64,000 nucleotides of DNA from Hormiphora californensis (lineage: Eukaryota > Animalia > Ctenophora), in contig CM035354.1 in assembly GCA_020137815.1 (NCBI GenBank), positions 4,278,001 through 4,342,000 on the forward strand. Reading direction: 5' to 3'. This document shows positions 37,701 to 50,116 of the stretch, piece after piece. The position numbers and the translations under genes were made by a program. The notes under the pieces are model-generated. The model was not told the origin of the DNA. It made no database searches and saw only the letters and a list, made by a program, of their open reading frames with translations. How positions within the stretch are numbered: the first letter of the stretch is position 1; the number at the start of each line of letters is the position of its first letter.

Positions 37701-40700
37701 ACTATTTTCTCAAGAAGAGGATTCCCCCAAATCAAAGATCAAATCCATCCTTCAGAATCTTGCGGGGTGGAGTCAGGGTGGGTGTGATGTAAGTGTAGGT
37801 GAGGCTAGCAGTAGTAGTAGCAGCTCTGAAAGTGAAACTACTCAAGAGGAGGAGGAGGAAGAAGGGAAGGAGTTGAAGGAGAGAGTGATGAACTGGATGA
37901 GTGAGAGTGAGGCATCACAAGACGAGGGTCCAGTTGTTGAGGAAAGTATGGTAAAGAAGCAGCAAGATCCCGTTACAACTCCAGCCTCAACTAGACAGCC
38001 TGGGCCACCAAAATTAGCGCCACAATCAGTTACATCTAAAAATGCATCGTCACTTTTTGCTGGACTATCTTTCACTCCAGCTGATCGATCGAATATAATG
38101 GAAGCTGAAAACTCATCTGTCTCAATCTTCAGTTCTCCTAAAAATCATTCTTTGAACATGAGCTCATCAATTGAAAACAAATCAACTAGCCCTAAATCTC
38201 CTGAGACTCAAAATCTTGCTGAAGCTAACTCGCCAGCGACTCGACCATCAAATAATGCTAAGTCGTCTGGTAGTTTCAAGTTATCTGACTGCAAATTACC
38301 AGAAACTCCTAAACTTGACCTTCCATCTTCTGGGGAAGACCTCTTCCCGTCCAATAAGTCTGTAAACTCTTCTCCGGTGAGTGCCAGTCCTATCAACTTC
38401 TCCGGTTCAAGTGGTAGTAGTCATCCCCGACTTGAACTGGATTCCTCCCTTTTCTTCAGCCAATACCAACTGGATAAGGAACCACAAAAACCATCACAAA
38501 CAACCACATTTACCTATCTTACCCTTCCACCAAGTGTGGCTGAAGCGACTGCATTTGTTAGCGATCAACTGGGCGGTGATGTCTCTGTTGTGGAGCCTTT
38601 CTGTAGTATCCGATCTGATGTGCCACCGGTTCAGAAACTTGGTACCAAAAGAATGGTTGTTGAGCACATTGATACTCTTCCAACTGAACCTTTCTACCCA
38701 GAGTGTTGTAAGGAGTTGGGTGTTACACCTCTGGAGACTGTAGCGGAGGTCCTTGGAGTTGGGATGCCGAGAGCGGACGTGGTTACTACCCTCAAGTATT
38801 CAGTTCCCCCGCCTTCGCTTAAAGATGTCAGGGATTGGCTCAAAACTAAACGGTCCAAACAACCTAGTTCTGATTCTAAACAGCAGCTGTCTGGTAAAGC
38901 TGATTCTGAACCGCTACCTGTTACAGTGTGCTCAACTCCGATCCATCCCAAATCAACCTTCAAGAGTCTTCCTGACAAGTTTCTGACACCCATTGCTCGA
39001 CCATCACCCCTCAGCCGAAAAAGGAGACGTGGGGTCAACCCACAAGCTCCTGTTAAGTTCACACCGGCAGCACAAGTCTCCATCCTCTCTCCAACACTCC
39101 AACAAAACTCCCAAATAACATCAAACCACGACAGCTTCAAATTCAGTCCTGTCGTAACGGATAGCACCAAATCACATGTCATTCAACACTTAACGGTCAT
39201 GAGTGTTGAGATTCTGGCGGGATCCGTCGGTGAAAAACGGTCCGATCCGAGGTATGACAGTGTCATTGCCATCTTTTACTCGCTCTACAATGACAGCAGA
39301 GAGGGGTTTGATGATGGGGTGATATGTGTTACCCCGGTAATCAAACCTAAAGAAATCACCGGGAATTTGGTATTTTGTGACACCGAAGGTGAAGTTTACG
39401 AAGAATTTTTCAAGGTCATTCACTGCTATGACCCAGACATCTTGGTAGGATACCAAATCAAAACATCATCCTTGGGATACCTTATCGAACGAGGCCACGC
39501 TATAGGCCTCAACTTCCAATCCCGGATTTCACGTTTTCCAGAGGAGGAAAAACCTGAAGCAGAGGGTGGGGTATCTGGATGGTGGGTGACGGGGACCAAT
39601 GAGGTTCAACTGGCCGGTAGGGTTATCCTAAACTTGTGGAGGTTAATGAAAACTGAAGTAACACTAACTCGATACACGTTTGAAAGTGTTGCATATCATG
39701 TACTACATGAAAGATTCGCCCTTCTTTCCAACAAGTCTCTCCTTTCCCTCTACTCGTCCCCAAAAACTTTCACCGAGTTCCACGAGTACCTCTCTGTCCG
39801 TTGCCGTGGTAACCTTCGACTTCTCCTGGACCTAAACATCATCGTCAGGACGAGTGAGATGGGCAGGTTGTTTGGAATCGAGTTCTTCAATGTTCTCTCC
39901 CGTGGTTCCCAGTACCGGGTCGAGTCCATGATGTGCAGACTCTCAAAACCCCTCAATTTCATCAGTATCAGCCCCTCTCCAGAACAGAGGGGATCCATGG
40001 CCGCTCCAGAGCTAATACCATTGGTCATGGAGCCAGAGTCAACGTTTTATGGCGACCCCGTAGTGGTCCTTGACTTCCAGTCCTTGTATCCCAGTATGAT
40101 AATAGCGTATAACCTGTGTTTTAGCACGTGTCTGGGTCGGGTTAACTATCTAAGTAACGGCGGTAGTTTCCCATTTGGCGCCTCGAACCTCTACGTTCCC
40201 CCACACCTCCTTACTAAATACAAAGACCACTTGTTTGTATCTCCCAACGGGGTAGCATTTGTCACAGACTCTGTCCGGAAGGGTGTCCTACCGAAGATGT
40301 TGTCTGAGATTCTTGAGACACGGATTATGGTGAAGGAGATGATGAAGAAGTTCAAGGATGATAAGGCGCTGTACAAGATGTTAGATGCGAGGCAGATGGC
40401 ACTGAAACTAATTGCTAATGTGACCTATGGGTATACCTCAGCTAACTTCTCTGGTAGAATGCCTTGTATAGAGATAGGGGATAGTATTGTGGCGAAGGGT
40501 AGGGAGACTTTAGAGGCAACGATAGAACTAATAAACAACACTCCTAAATGGGGTGGTAGGGTGGTATATGGAGATACAGATAGCGTGTTTGTTCTTTTCA
40601 AGGGGTGTTCCAAATCTGAGGCATTTACCCGAGGTCAAGAGATAGCTAGTTTTGTAACCGGGCTAAACCCAAAACCAGTGAAATTAAAGTTTGAGAAGGT

Positions 40701-41613
40701 CTACCAGCCGTGTGTTCTGCAAACCAAGAAACGGTACGTGGGAATGAAGTTCGAGACTTTGGACGATCCGGGAGAGTATGAGGCAAAGGGAATAGAGACA
40801 GTGAGGCGAGATGGGTGCCCGGCGTCTGTTAAAACACTCAAACACGCCCTAAATCTCTTGTTCCGGTCCCGAGATATCAGCCAAGTGAAGAAGTTTGTTC
40901 AAAATCAGTTTCTCAAAATTAGCAGGGGCAGTTTGTCGGTCCAGGACTACATATTTGCTAAAGAGTACCGAGGAAGGGAGGGTTATCGTCCGGGAGCTTG
41001 TGTTCCAGCTCTCGAACTAGCAAAACGCCGCCAAAAGGTCGACACTAGAAGTGAACCTTTAGTGGGTGAGAGAGTGCAATATGTGATTTGTTATGGGACA
41101 CCTGGTCTACCTCTTATCCAACTTATCCACGAGCCCTGGGAGGTCATCCACTCAGACCACCTCCAAATCAACTCCCTATACTACATTACCAAGTCTCTAG
41201 TACCCCCTCTCCAGCGAGTATTTGGGTTAATGGGTGTTAACGTGATGGAATGGTGGAATGAACTACCGAGGGATATCCGCAGTCACAGACAGGCATCTGG
41301 TGGAATTGGTAAACACACCATCTCACATTACTTCCAAACGAAACACTGTGTATTCTGTGATAGAGTATCAGATACCTTGTGTGAGTGTTATAATAACACA
41401 CAGAAAGTGGGTGTACTTGTGGAATCTGGTCTGAGTCTGGCGATATCACAGTTACAATGTGTGGAGAGGATTTGTGTGGATTGTATGGGGGTCAGTGGGG
41501 TGAGGTGTGGGAATATGACATGTCCTGTACTGTACAAGAGGGCACGGCTGGAGGAGAAGGTAGGAGAAAGGGAAGGAGTGAAGGATGATATTTTTAAATT
41601 GTTCCAATGGTAA
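34726..41613 (+). CDS. REV3L: DNA polymerase zeta catalytic subunit; exons 34726-34839, 34953-35070, 35230-35443, 35606-35780, 35872-36020, 36156-41613
   Basis: [79 protein letters not shown]-terminal CysA/CysB. Confidence 0.97.
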
Positions 41614-41760
41614 CTTATTTTTCTCTTTTTTACTCACAAAAGCACACTTTTATATGTTGATTAGTTTTATAATTTCGTAAAAATTATTCAAAAACTGTGT
41701 TTCAACCATGATTCTACTTCCAGACCCCTTCCCCTGCTCACCACTTCACCCTTTCTAGCA

Positions 41761-42908
41761 ATGTCAGGAGTCGACTACAGCCAACTGTTGTCTCAGTTTA
41801 ATACACGAGCAGAACGTGTAGAGATCTGGTGTGAGACTTGTGAGATATCTTTCTCAGGAGAGCGACAACTTGACGCTCACACGAGGTAAAGGGTGGAGAA
41901 GGTTTATTCTGAATTCGATGGAGTTTGGCCAATGTTTCTTGGAGTTGGACAATGCGTGGGCCAAAATGTGGCACACAGAGATGTCTCACATGGACGTAGC
42001 GCGCGGTCTTCCATTTCAAACGCTTTCAGTTGTCAACATTTGTCTTACAATAATCACCTGCGCGCGGTGAGATGCCCATGTTTTGGCGGGTGTAGCCAAT
42101 TAACTTTTCACTGCCGAAACTGCAGCAGTTAAGTGAGTTAATTAATTGATTCATGATTGATGTAAATCTTTCAGGAGTCATATTTTGTGTGATTTTGACG
42201 ATTGTACGTTTGAGGGAAACAAGGAAACTGTAAAATCTCACAAAAAAGATGAACATGATATTACAGAATCCATCCATGTAAGATACAAGTCAACGGCTCC
42301 ATGTACCATGATAACAACCCCAGTTTTGTACCTCATCTAACCCCCGCCATCTCCAGGTATTTTCAATGGACAACCCAGCAGTTCTTGATGCGTGGCTGAA
42401 CGAGCGGCGACGTAACTTTCCCTCCTCCGGGAACAAAGAACTGAAAAGGGTTCGTGAGGAGACCCGCCGGGAGAGGGGCCATGTCGGGACGGATAGATCT
42501 TACACACTAAAGGGAGACAAGTGGGCGGTAAAAAGACACAAACCATGTCTACCAGGTCTGGGTGCTTACAGCGATAGTGAAGAAGAAGAAGAGGAAGGGG
42601 AGGTAGCAGACGACACACCAGAACCATCAAAACCTACCGAGGAGGAGACACTCGATCCTAAAGTGGAGAAGGCCCTCAAAAAGTTTAAATCGTACGCTAA
42701 GATGGTGTCTTCAGAGGGGAGAAAGGTGAACCTTGGACACAAGAAATGGAATGGGGTAATGAAGAGTGGGAGGAGAAGGTTTCAACCGACGCTTCTTTAC
42801 AAACTACTGTCTGCTGATGTAACCAGTGAACACAACACTGTTTTACAGTGCATCAGGCACATAGTTGATAACAATTTCTTTGATAAGACCAACCAATCTG
42901 ACAGTTGA
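41761..42908 (+). CDS. NUFIP1: NUFIP1/Rsa1-like box C/D snoRNP assembly factor; exons 41761-41885, 42175-42277, 42357-42908
   Basis: Two C2H2-like fingers (CETC...H..SH; CDFDDC...H....H), WLNERRRNFPS, PTLLYKLLSADV..EHNTVLQCIRHIVDNNFF. Confidence 0.88.
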
Positions 42909-42968
42909 ACGAGGGACTGTTTTTAAATAATTTATTAGAATTTTAGAGCATTCACTTTTTATATGAGG

Positions 42969-43631
42969 CATAAACTCTGGCCACTGGCACGTTATTTCAG
43001 ATACCTTTCTCCCAGCGCGCCGCTGGGAGAAGGTAGCTGTAGTTTATCCGCCAGTGGCGGATAAACTGGTTTAAATCACGACGACGATCCTGAGGCGTAG
43101 CCGAGGGAGAGGCGGAGGGGTTTAAACCAATAACGTGCCATTGGTCAGAGTTTATGGGTTATATACCCTGCTTTAGTTGTTTGTTTCAAGTATTACACAC
43201 TAACAAGAGAGAGAACACTAATCAAAACACACAAAGAGAACTGAGAAACAGTCAAAAACATCTCTCAATTGAGTGTATATTGTTTGGTAACAGTTACTAA
43301 GGAGAGAGAGAAAGAAATAACAAGATATGGGGCATGCCAGACATAACACAGAGGAATTGAGATAGTGAAACAAAAGGGGAGATAAAGAGAGAGAAATTGA
43401 CGGAATGTGTTGTTTCTTTCTCTCCAATGCAGTGTGTAACTCTTGCAAACAGTGTTCCCTCTGTATTTCAGTAAGAACTGATCATTTACACACACTTTGA
43501 ATGTAACATAGGAGTTAATAATAAACAGCCAGCCAGTGGGAAATAATCTGCCGCTGGACTGGCTGTATATTGAGAGCGCGCCAGTGGGACTTCTCGCCGC
43601 TGGCGGGTTATTTAAGTTAGCAGGGTATATA
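42969..43631. mobile_element. Hairpin-rich interspersed element(s) of unknown class between NUFIP1 and mago
   Basis: Inverted repeat 42969-42997 / 43129-43157 enclosing two perfect hairpins; second inverted repeat ttatataccctgct 43159 / agcagggtatataa ~43618. Confidence 0.5.
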
Positions 43632-43751
43632 AGACAATAAATGTATTGTACCACTCGGAGATACTGACCATTTCTACTATTTATCTGTTGGTAAAAGAGA
43701 CAGTCTGAACAAATCAGCTAACCATCACTAACTTTTAAAAATAGGGGCACT

Positions 43752-46700
43752 ATGAGTTCAGGTGATTTCTACATGCGATACTATGTTGGGCACAAGGGCA
43801 AGTTCGGTCATGAGTTCCTTGAGTTTGAATTCCGTCCCGATGGTAAGTGATACAGTGAGAATGTTGTGAAGTTGAAGACCTGCCCAGTTTCCCTAAGGGA
43901 AATTCCCTTGTCCATGCTCGTTCGTGCGTTATTCTAACCCTCCTTTACATTTGTTTCGCCATGTACGGCACGGTGAAACAGGGTTGAACAAGGCAATTCG
44001 AGCGGCCTCCCCTTTTAAAAACCAACCATTTCCACCTAAACCGCAATATTTTATAACCCTTTTATTTGCCAGGCAAGTTGAGGTATGCTAACAACAGTAA
44101 CTACAAGAACGACACCATGATCAGGAAGGAATGCAGTGTTAGCCCCTCTGTTCTCAAGGTACCACACAGTAATTTACACCGACCCTCTTTTATTTATGTA
44201 GTACACTGTGTGAGTCATGTGTGCAGGCTGCAGAATGATAGTTGCTGACTCAGTTAGAACAAAACCATAGACACACCGGTTGTAATTAATTGTAATCATG
44301 TAAATTTTATAACAAAAAAATAGGTATTGAAAATTCCCTGCACATTTTACAGTCTTGATATTACTGTCCCACTGATTCTCCCGTTACTCCGCCCCCCTCA
44401 GTTGAGATCTCTTCTTTTATCTCAGCATTTTCATCCTTCCTCCAGAGCTCCCTTCTAGCCAGAGAAAAGGGTCTCCCTTTTGTAGGACAAGGCCATGTAG
44501 AGCTTACTATCTTGATCCAATGGTTTCTTGCCACAGTTGCCAGTGTCCCATCGTGTGGTAATGGATCCCTGACGCTCATTGTACGGTCTTCTTTTTTCCT
44601 GTCTTCATATTTCATCTTACTCTCCTCTTCTAGCACCTTAACAAATTTGCAGCAGATTTCCGGGCTAATGATTGATTCTAGGGCCTCTGTAAACAATGAC
44701 AATGTTTCTTCGTCACAAAGGGAGAAGTTGAAGTTTTCCAGAAAATAGTTTAGCAGTGGAATCTTGTGAACGACCATCAAGAGATTAGTCAGCTGTTCCA
44801 TGAGCTTTCCCACCAGATCAAATTCAACCACGATGACCATGAGAAGGTCCAAATGGGAACGTTTTATTGTCTTGACCACCAGCGGTAAAAAACGAAAATG
44901 GAACTTAGTTTTATCTTCCTGTGTGCAAGAAAGGAGATGATCCAAAAAACTCCAATCCCCATACTTCACGGCTGAGTCTAGTGCTAGAAGGGCGTATTCC
45001 CAGTAGATGTTGAAATCCTCGGATGGCTTCGGAAGGTGTGTTATGAAAAAGTCGAGGCACCCCTTCTTCGCCCATTCAACTTTAAAGACTCCAACCATCT
45101 TTAGAAAATCACTGAAAACTTTGAACTCAGTAGTATCGGATAGCATTTCAAGATTCCCACTGTAACACGCATCGATAAAGATTTGAACTGACTGAGAATC
45201 GAAGTCAGAAACATCATGGTCCAATTCTCCCTCTTCCTCAATAAATTCCTTTAGAACGGGGGAGTTTTCAGGAGTTGAGAGGAATTTTGAAGTTGTCCTT
45301 CAGGCAAAAACTTATGTTTCCATGAGTGGGATGGGATAGATACTCTCTCCCAAAGTTGAATCCCTTTGCAACATCTGTGGGCACCTGTGGAGACACCTGT
45401 GGAGACGGTTGATCATGTATCAAAAATGTGACAACCGATTCCATGTTGATCTCTTTTTCGAACCAAATTGCTTCCCCCAAGTCTCCAGACTTCGTTTCAA
45501 TTGAAATCGGTCCTTTTACAGTTATCACTACTGCACCACTGGGAAGATTTAACTCGAGTTTGCCTTCATTGTTGTATCTTTTAACCACGAATTTTGTACC
45601 ATTTTCAGTTTTTTGTCCTTCCACTAACCAATTCGAGTCGTTCGCTTTGTGTCTGCTGGTTTGCGTTATAGTCGAGGAAAATTCCTTAGCAAATCGATGA
45701 AAAATCACCTGGTTAGATTTCGCTTCATTGACATTGGGTGGTCCAAGGTAGCTATCTTCAATCGTAATCTCAGCTTCAATAGTAAATGTTTCTGATTCAG
45801 CAAGGCCTTCCCACGGCATAAATTCTGTCCAACCCCATCCTAGGTTACCAGCATAACTTGAGAATTTGTAAATTTCCGTCCCCTTTGTTCCAGAAGATGT
45901 TTCGATCAGGGAAAACGAGGTGTTGCACATCCATTCCTTTGTTGAATGTATTGGCTCACATTCGAGATAAACCGCTAAATATTCCATCCTTTTTGAAAGT
46001 TGAATTATCCATAAAAACTCCCCAAAAATGGTTTTCTTGCTAAAAGTAAATTTAGAACCAATTGAAGATGTCACAAATTCTGCGGAGATTGTTGTAGAAA
46101 TTCCCATTGTGCACCTAGAAGGCGGCGGACGAATAGTAAATCATGATTGTGTAAATTTGATTGATAAAGATTTGACAAGTTCAAAGCATATTGAAATAGG
46201 AGCTAGCAAGTTCTAACAAAGATTACTACTGTATCGTATGACTGCAGTAGTTGTGTCCCGGTGGTTTTTTCAAAATATAATATTTCTTCTTCCTACTCAA
46301 GTTGGACAATCGCTTCCTCTCTCTTTCTCTCACCATCCCTCTCCCAGGAACTTTCTCGAATTATCGAAGAAGCTGAGATCATGTATGAAGATGACAAGAT
46401 GTGGCCTGCACCCGACCGAATAGGTGAGATTTTATGGAACCCAATATTTTGCTTAAAAGATCATCGTGGATAGAAGATATAGGGTGGCAACTGGCATGGG
46501 TAGATCTCAAGTTGGGTATCTTTCTCCATTATGCGTCCATTTTGGATTCATTATGGGGCTCTCTATCCCTCTAGCTCTATCGCTCGTTCTCTAGTCTCTC
46601 TCAAGGCGGGATCTCAGATAATTCAGAGCGGTGTCTGATTCCGTGTTGTTGTTTTGGAGGGCGAGACGGAAGTGATGGGGGCTGTTCCAACTCAGCCAGA

Positions 46701-49700
46701 CACACATGGTGAGATGGTCCTGGGCCTTTCTGCAGTCCCGCTTTCAGTTTTCACATATTCTTTGCCTTCATATTATCATGATTATGGGATGAAAGGGAAC
46801 TTTGTATATTTGAATATATTCCAGCTTATTATATAAACACTTACACACACTCCCTCTCTTTCTCTATGATCTTACTCCTCCTCCTTTCTCTCTCTCTTTA
46901 GTCTCTTTCTCCCCACGCTGGCTCTGATCTCACTCAATATTCGTCACATCTTTAGCGGGCCCCTCGAATGTGATTGCTGCTCTCTCTCTCTCTCATTATC
47001 CTGCCCCCGCTCTTTTCCAAGACTGAATATTCATTGTCAGCGTTGTTGTTTGTACTACACAGCTTGTACTGTAGTGGTGCACACACACGCGGGAACTCAC
47101 AATGACGCTCTTTTTTTCGGTTCCATGTGTACCGTGACTCTCTTGGCAGAGCTCTGCAGAGTTTATATATTTCCCCCCTCTATTTTGAATATTTAGTGTG
47201 GCGATTTTCTCTTTATTTCTAGCTCTCTGTAACCTCTTCTCCCCTATTCAACTATCGGCTCTCTTCCTCTCCTCCTATTCCTATTCTCTTTCTTTCCTCT
47301 CTGTCTCCCTTCCCTTCAGTTAAGTCATTGTGTACCATGAGAACTCCGCCTAATAATCCGTGCTTGTCGTGCGTTTTTTATTATTCCATATTTGCTGCCT
47401 TCTTAGAGCTCAACTGCGTATAGTGAGAGAGAGAGAGAAATTGGGAGGGAAAGAGAAATACAGGGAGAGAAACTCAGAGAAGGAAAGAGATGGAGCGTGA
47501 GAGAGATAGAGCGTGAGATAGACAGGGGGCAGAGCTAGAGACACACATAGCTTTAGGTTGAGGGAGAGTATACTCTCCAGTGCGCTGGTAATATATTTTG
47601 ACCTGCCAAAATGAACTCTGTATTACACTAGTGGTGTACAATCCCTACTAGACAACTTCCCACTGGTACATGTTCCTAGAGTCTCCCATTTCAATTTCTC
47701 CATTTCCCTATCTCTACTCCACAGTTATCTGTTCAGCGCCCTCTTAAAACCATCAACTCTGGTTCGTTACAATTCTACTCCTATCTATATCCCTGTGACC
47801 TGTCTTGTGCAATACTATAGTGCCTGATCATGCTGTATCCCCTTCTTTTGTTACACACTATCTGTAACCAGGTGCAATTCACCTGCATCTGGTGGCCTCG
47901 GTCCTGCGAGTGTAGAGCTTGGTGAAACTCGATCTGTCCCCTCGCTAACTGTCTCTCTCCCATTCTTACTCCATCATTCTCTCTCTCTTTCTCGAATTTT
48001 CTCTGTGTATCAAGAGACTTGTGTGCTCTGTGGGCCTATTGAATTATATGTGATCATTCCTCTACCCCTTCCTTTGTAAGAGAAGCTATACCTACCGCTA
48101 CAGCTCTGTTGTACAATCTACTTGTCTGCTTGTTGATAATTGTATACCAGGGACTGCGGCCATCAAAGTGCTCCTTTATAAAAACACCTATCAAATCCGT
48201 TTCTTTCATTTTTATAGCACACTCTATAGCAACATTATGTTCCCCTCCCTACTCCTCCTACTCCTCTTCTCGTGTTCCATTGTTCCAGTTTCAGCGTACT
48301 CAACGGAACTGCCTGGTTACTACATTGCAATTATCATTGTCTTCCTAATTATCCTTCTAGTGGCCATTGGAATCCGGCTGGCGGACAAGTACCACATTGT
48401 CGAGCAACTCAAGACAAACAACCCCTGGAAGATTCCTGATGACGATGGACGGTTTGTGTTGCGCAGGTTCAAGGGCCACAGTTTTGATTATGAGAATGGT
48501 ATTGTGGTGATACCTAAACAGGAGGGAGAAGAAGAAGAAGAGGAAATGGAGCGGAGGAAACACCCAAAGAGGGGCCTCAATTTTAGTGCTCTGAAAAACG
48601 AAGATGCTATTGAAATGACTATGCCACTTCCAACTCGACCTCAGAGTGAGCACGGTTATGCACCTGTATTGAGACCTGGGGCAGGTTTTACAGGGGTGCA
48701 ACCTGCAACATCCGTTCTCCCATCCGGACCCACGGAATCGTATGATGCCCCAAAACCTTCAATGTATCCAAATGATCAAGTATTTGCTGTTCCAATGTCT
48801 CCATCAGAAAAACGAGGAATATCAAAAACCAAAACACCCGTCACCCTACGAAAAACACCCCTTTCTCCTCCATCTAGTTCTCGAACACCGGCCAAGGTTC
48901 CAGAGTCGCCTTCAGAAAAACGTGCCTTATCTCCGGAGCCTGCAGTGGTATTAAGAAAATCCCGAACACCAAAAACACCACGGAAACAGGAGACACCACT
49001 TTCACCCGCACCAAGAACTAAAACACCGAAGACAGTAAGGAAACAGGAGACACCCCTGTCACCTCCTCCAAAGGCTAAAACACCGAAGACAGTAAGGAAA
49101 CAGGAGACACCCCTGTCACCTCCTCCAAAGGCTAAAACTCCAAAAACACCTCGGAAACAACAAGAGACACCACTGTCCCCTAGGACACCCAAAAGAGAGA
49201 CCGATACTGCATCAGCTCCAGCCCAATCACCCATGGCAGGTTACCCAGCACCCGGATACCCAGGCTACCATCATCCAGCATACAGTCCGGGTTATCCTGC
49301 CTACCCAGCCTACCACCCCGGATACTACCCACCCCATCCTGCGGGATACTACCCACCCCAACCTCCACACCTGTCTAACTATCCGGCCCAACAGCCACCC
49401 CAACCCAACTATCCAGCCACTACTCCGCCTCCTGCTCCTTACCCTGCGTATCCAGCATATCCCATGCCAACATATTTCGCACCCCATCCGCCCCCACCCC
49501 ACCACCAACAACCTCCACCAAGCGGTCCTGGGGAGATAACTGCTCATCAATTATAGGTGGGTACCCACAGGGCCGGGAAAGTATTAAAATTATATTAGGG
49601 ACTAGGTCTGTGTTAATTGGGCTGTTGGATTCCTCGCCTGTTTGGCGTTGCTGTGTGTCGTTTGTTTTCTTTCCGTGTGTATAAATTTGTTATCTGCCAA

Positions 49701-50116
49701 GTCTGCAGTAAAGCAGGGTAGCTGAGACGGTGACTAAATTATGTATCACTGTATTCCTGTTATTGGGTTACAGAGTGTTGGCTTCTAACAGACATCAAAC
49801 ATAGCTCTAACTCCATTTTCCACTAAGCTTAAACCCATTAGTATTTATGAGACAGTCTATCCACCCCCAAATTCCCTGACCAACTAAATCTAACCCAAAA
49901 CTAAACCCACCCTTCTCTCTCACAGGTCGTCAGGAACTGGAGATTGTGCACAACAACCAACATATCTGTTTCAACACCTCCAAAATTGGCAGTCTCGTTG
50001 ACGTGAACGGATCCAAGGACCCAGATGGTCTCCGGGCGTTCTACTACCTGGTCCAGGATCTCAAGTGTTTCGTGTTCTCTCTCATCGGACTTCACTTCAA
50101 GATCAAGCCCATCTAA
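43752..50116 (+). CDS. MAGOH: Mago nashi (exon junction complex core); exons 43752-43842, 44073-44158, 46348-46423, 49926-50116 (147 aa)
   Basis: [65 protein letters not shown]...SKIGSLVDV...[25 protein letters not shown]; exon lengths sum to 444 nt. Confidence 0.98.
44361..46107 (-). pseudogene. Intronless MATH plus divergent BTB/POZ gene nested antisense in mago intron 2, frameshifted at ~45270
   Basis: MATH signature (YLAVYLEC...W.C..F...[10 protein letters not shown]...FTIEAEITI); BTB-like [55 protein letters not shown] split across two frames. Confidence 0.7.
48237..49556 (+). CDS. Unnamed single-pass membrane protein with a Pro/Lys/Thr repeat and Pro/Tyr-rich tail, nested on the same strand in mago intron 3; possible alternative first exon 46675-46708
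   Basis: 439-codon ORF; hydrophobic N-terminus [20 protein letters not shown]; TM segment [18 protein letters not shown]; ~4x KTPKT(V/P)RKQETPLSP. Confidence 0.8.
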   Translation: MFPSLLLLLLFSCSIVPVSAYSTELPGYYIAIIIVFLIILLVAIGIRLADKYHIVEQLKTNNPWKIPDDDGRFVLRRFKGHSFDYENGIVVIPKQEGEEEEEEMERRKHPKRGLNFSALKNEDAIEMTMPLPTRPQSEHGYAPVLRPGAGFTGVQPATSVLPSGPTESYDAPKPSMYPNDQVFAVPMSPSEKRGISKTKTPVTLRKTPLSPPSSSRTPAKVPESPSEKRALSPEPAVVLRKSRTPKTPRKQETPLSPAPRTKTPKTVRKQETPLSPPPKAKTPKTVRKQETPLSPPPKAKTPKTPRKQQETPLSPRTPKRETDTASAPAQSPMAGYPAPGYPGYHHPAYSPGYPAYPAYHPGYYPPHPAGYYPPQPPHLSNYPAQQPPQPNYPATTPPPAPYPAYPAYPMPTYFAPHPPPPHHQQPPPSGPGEITAHQL

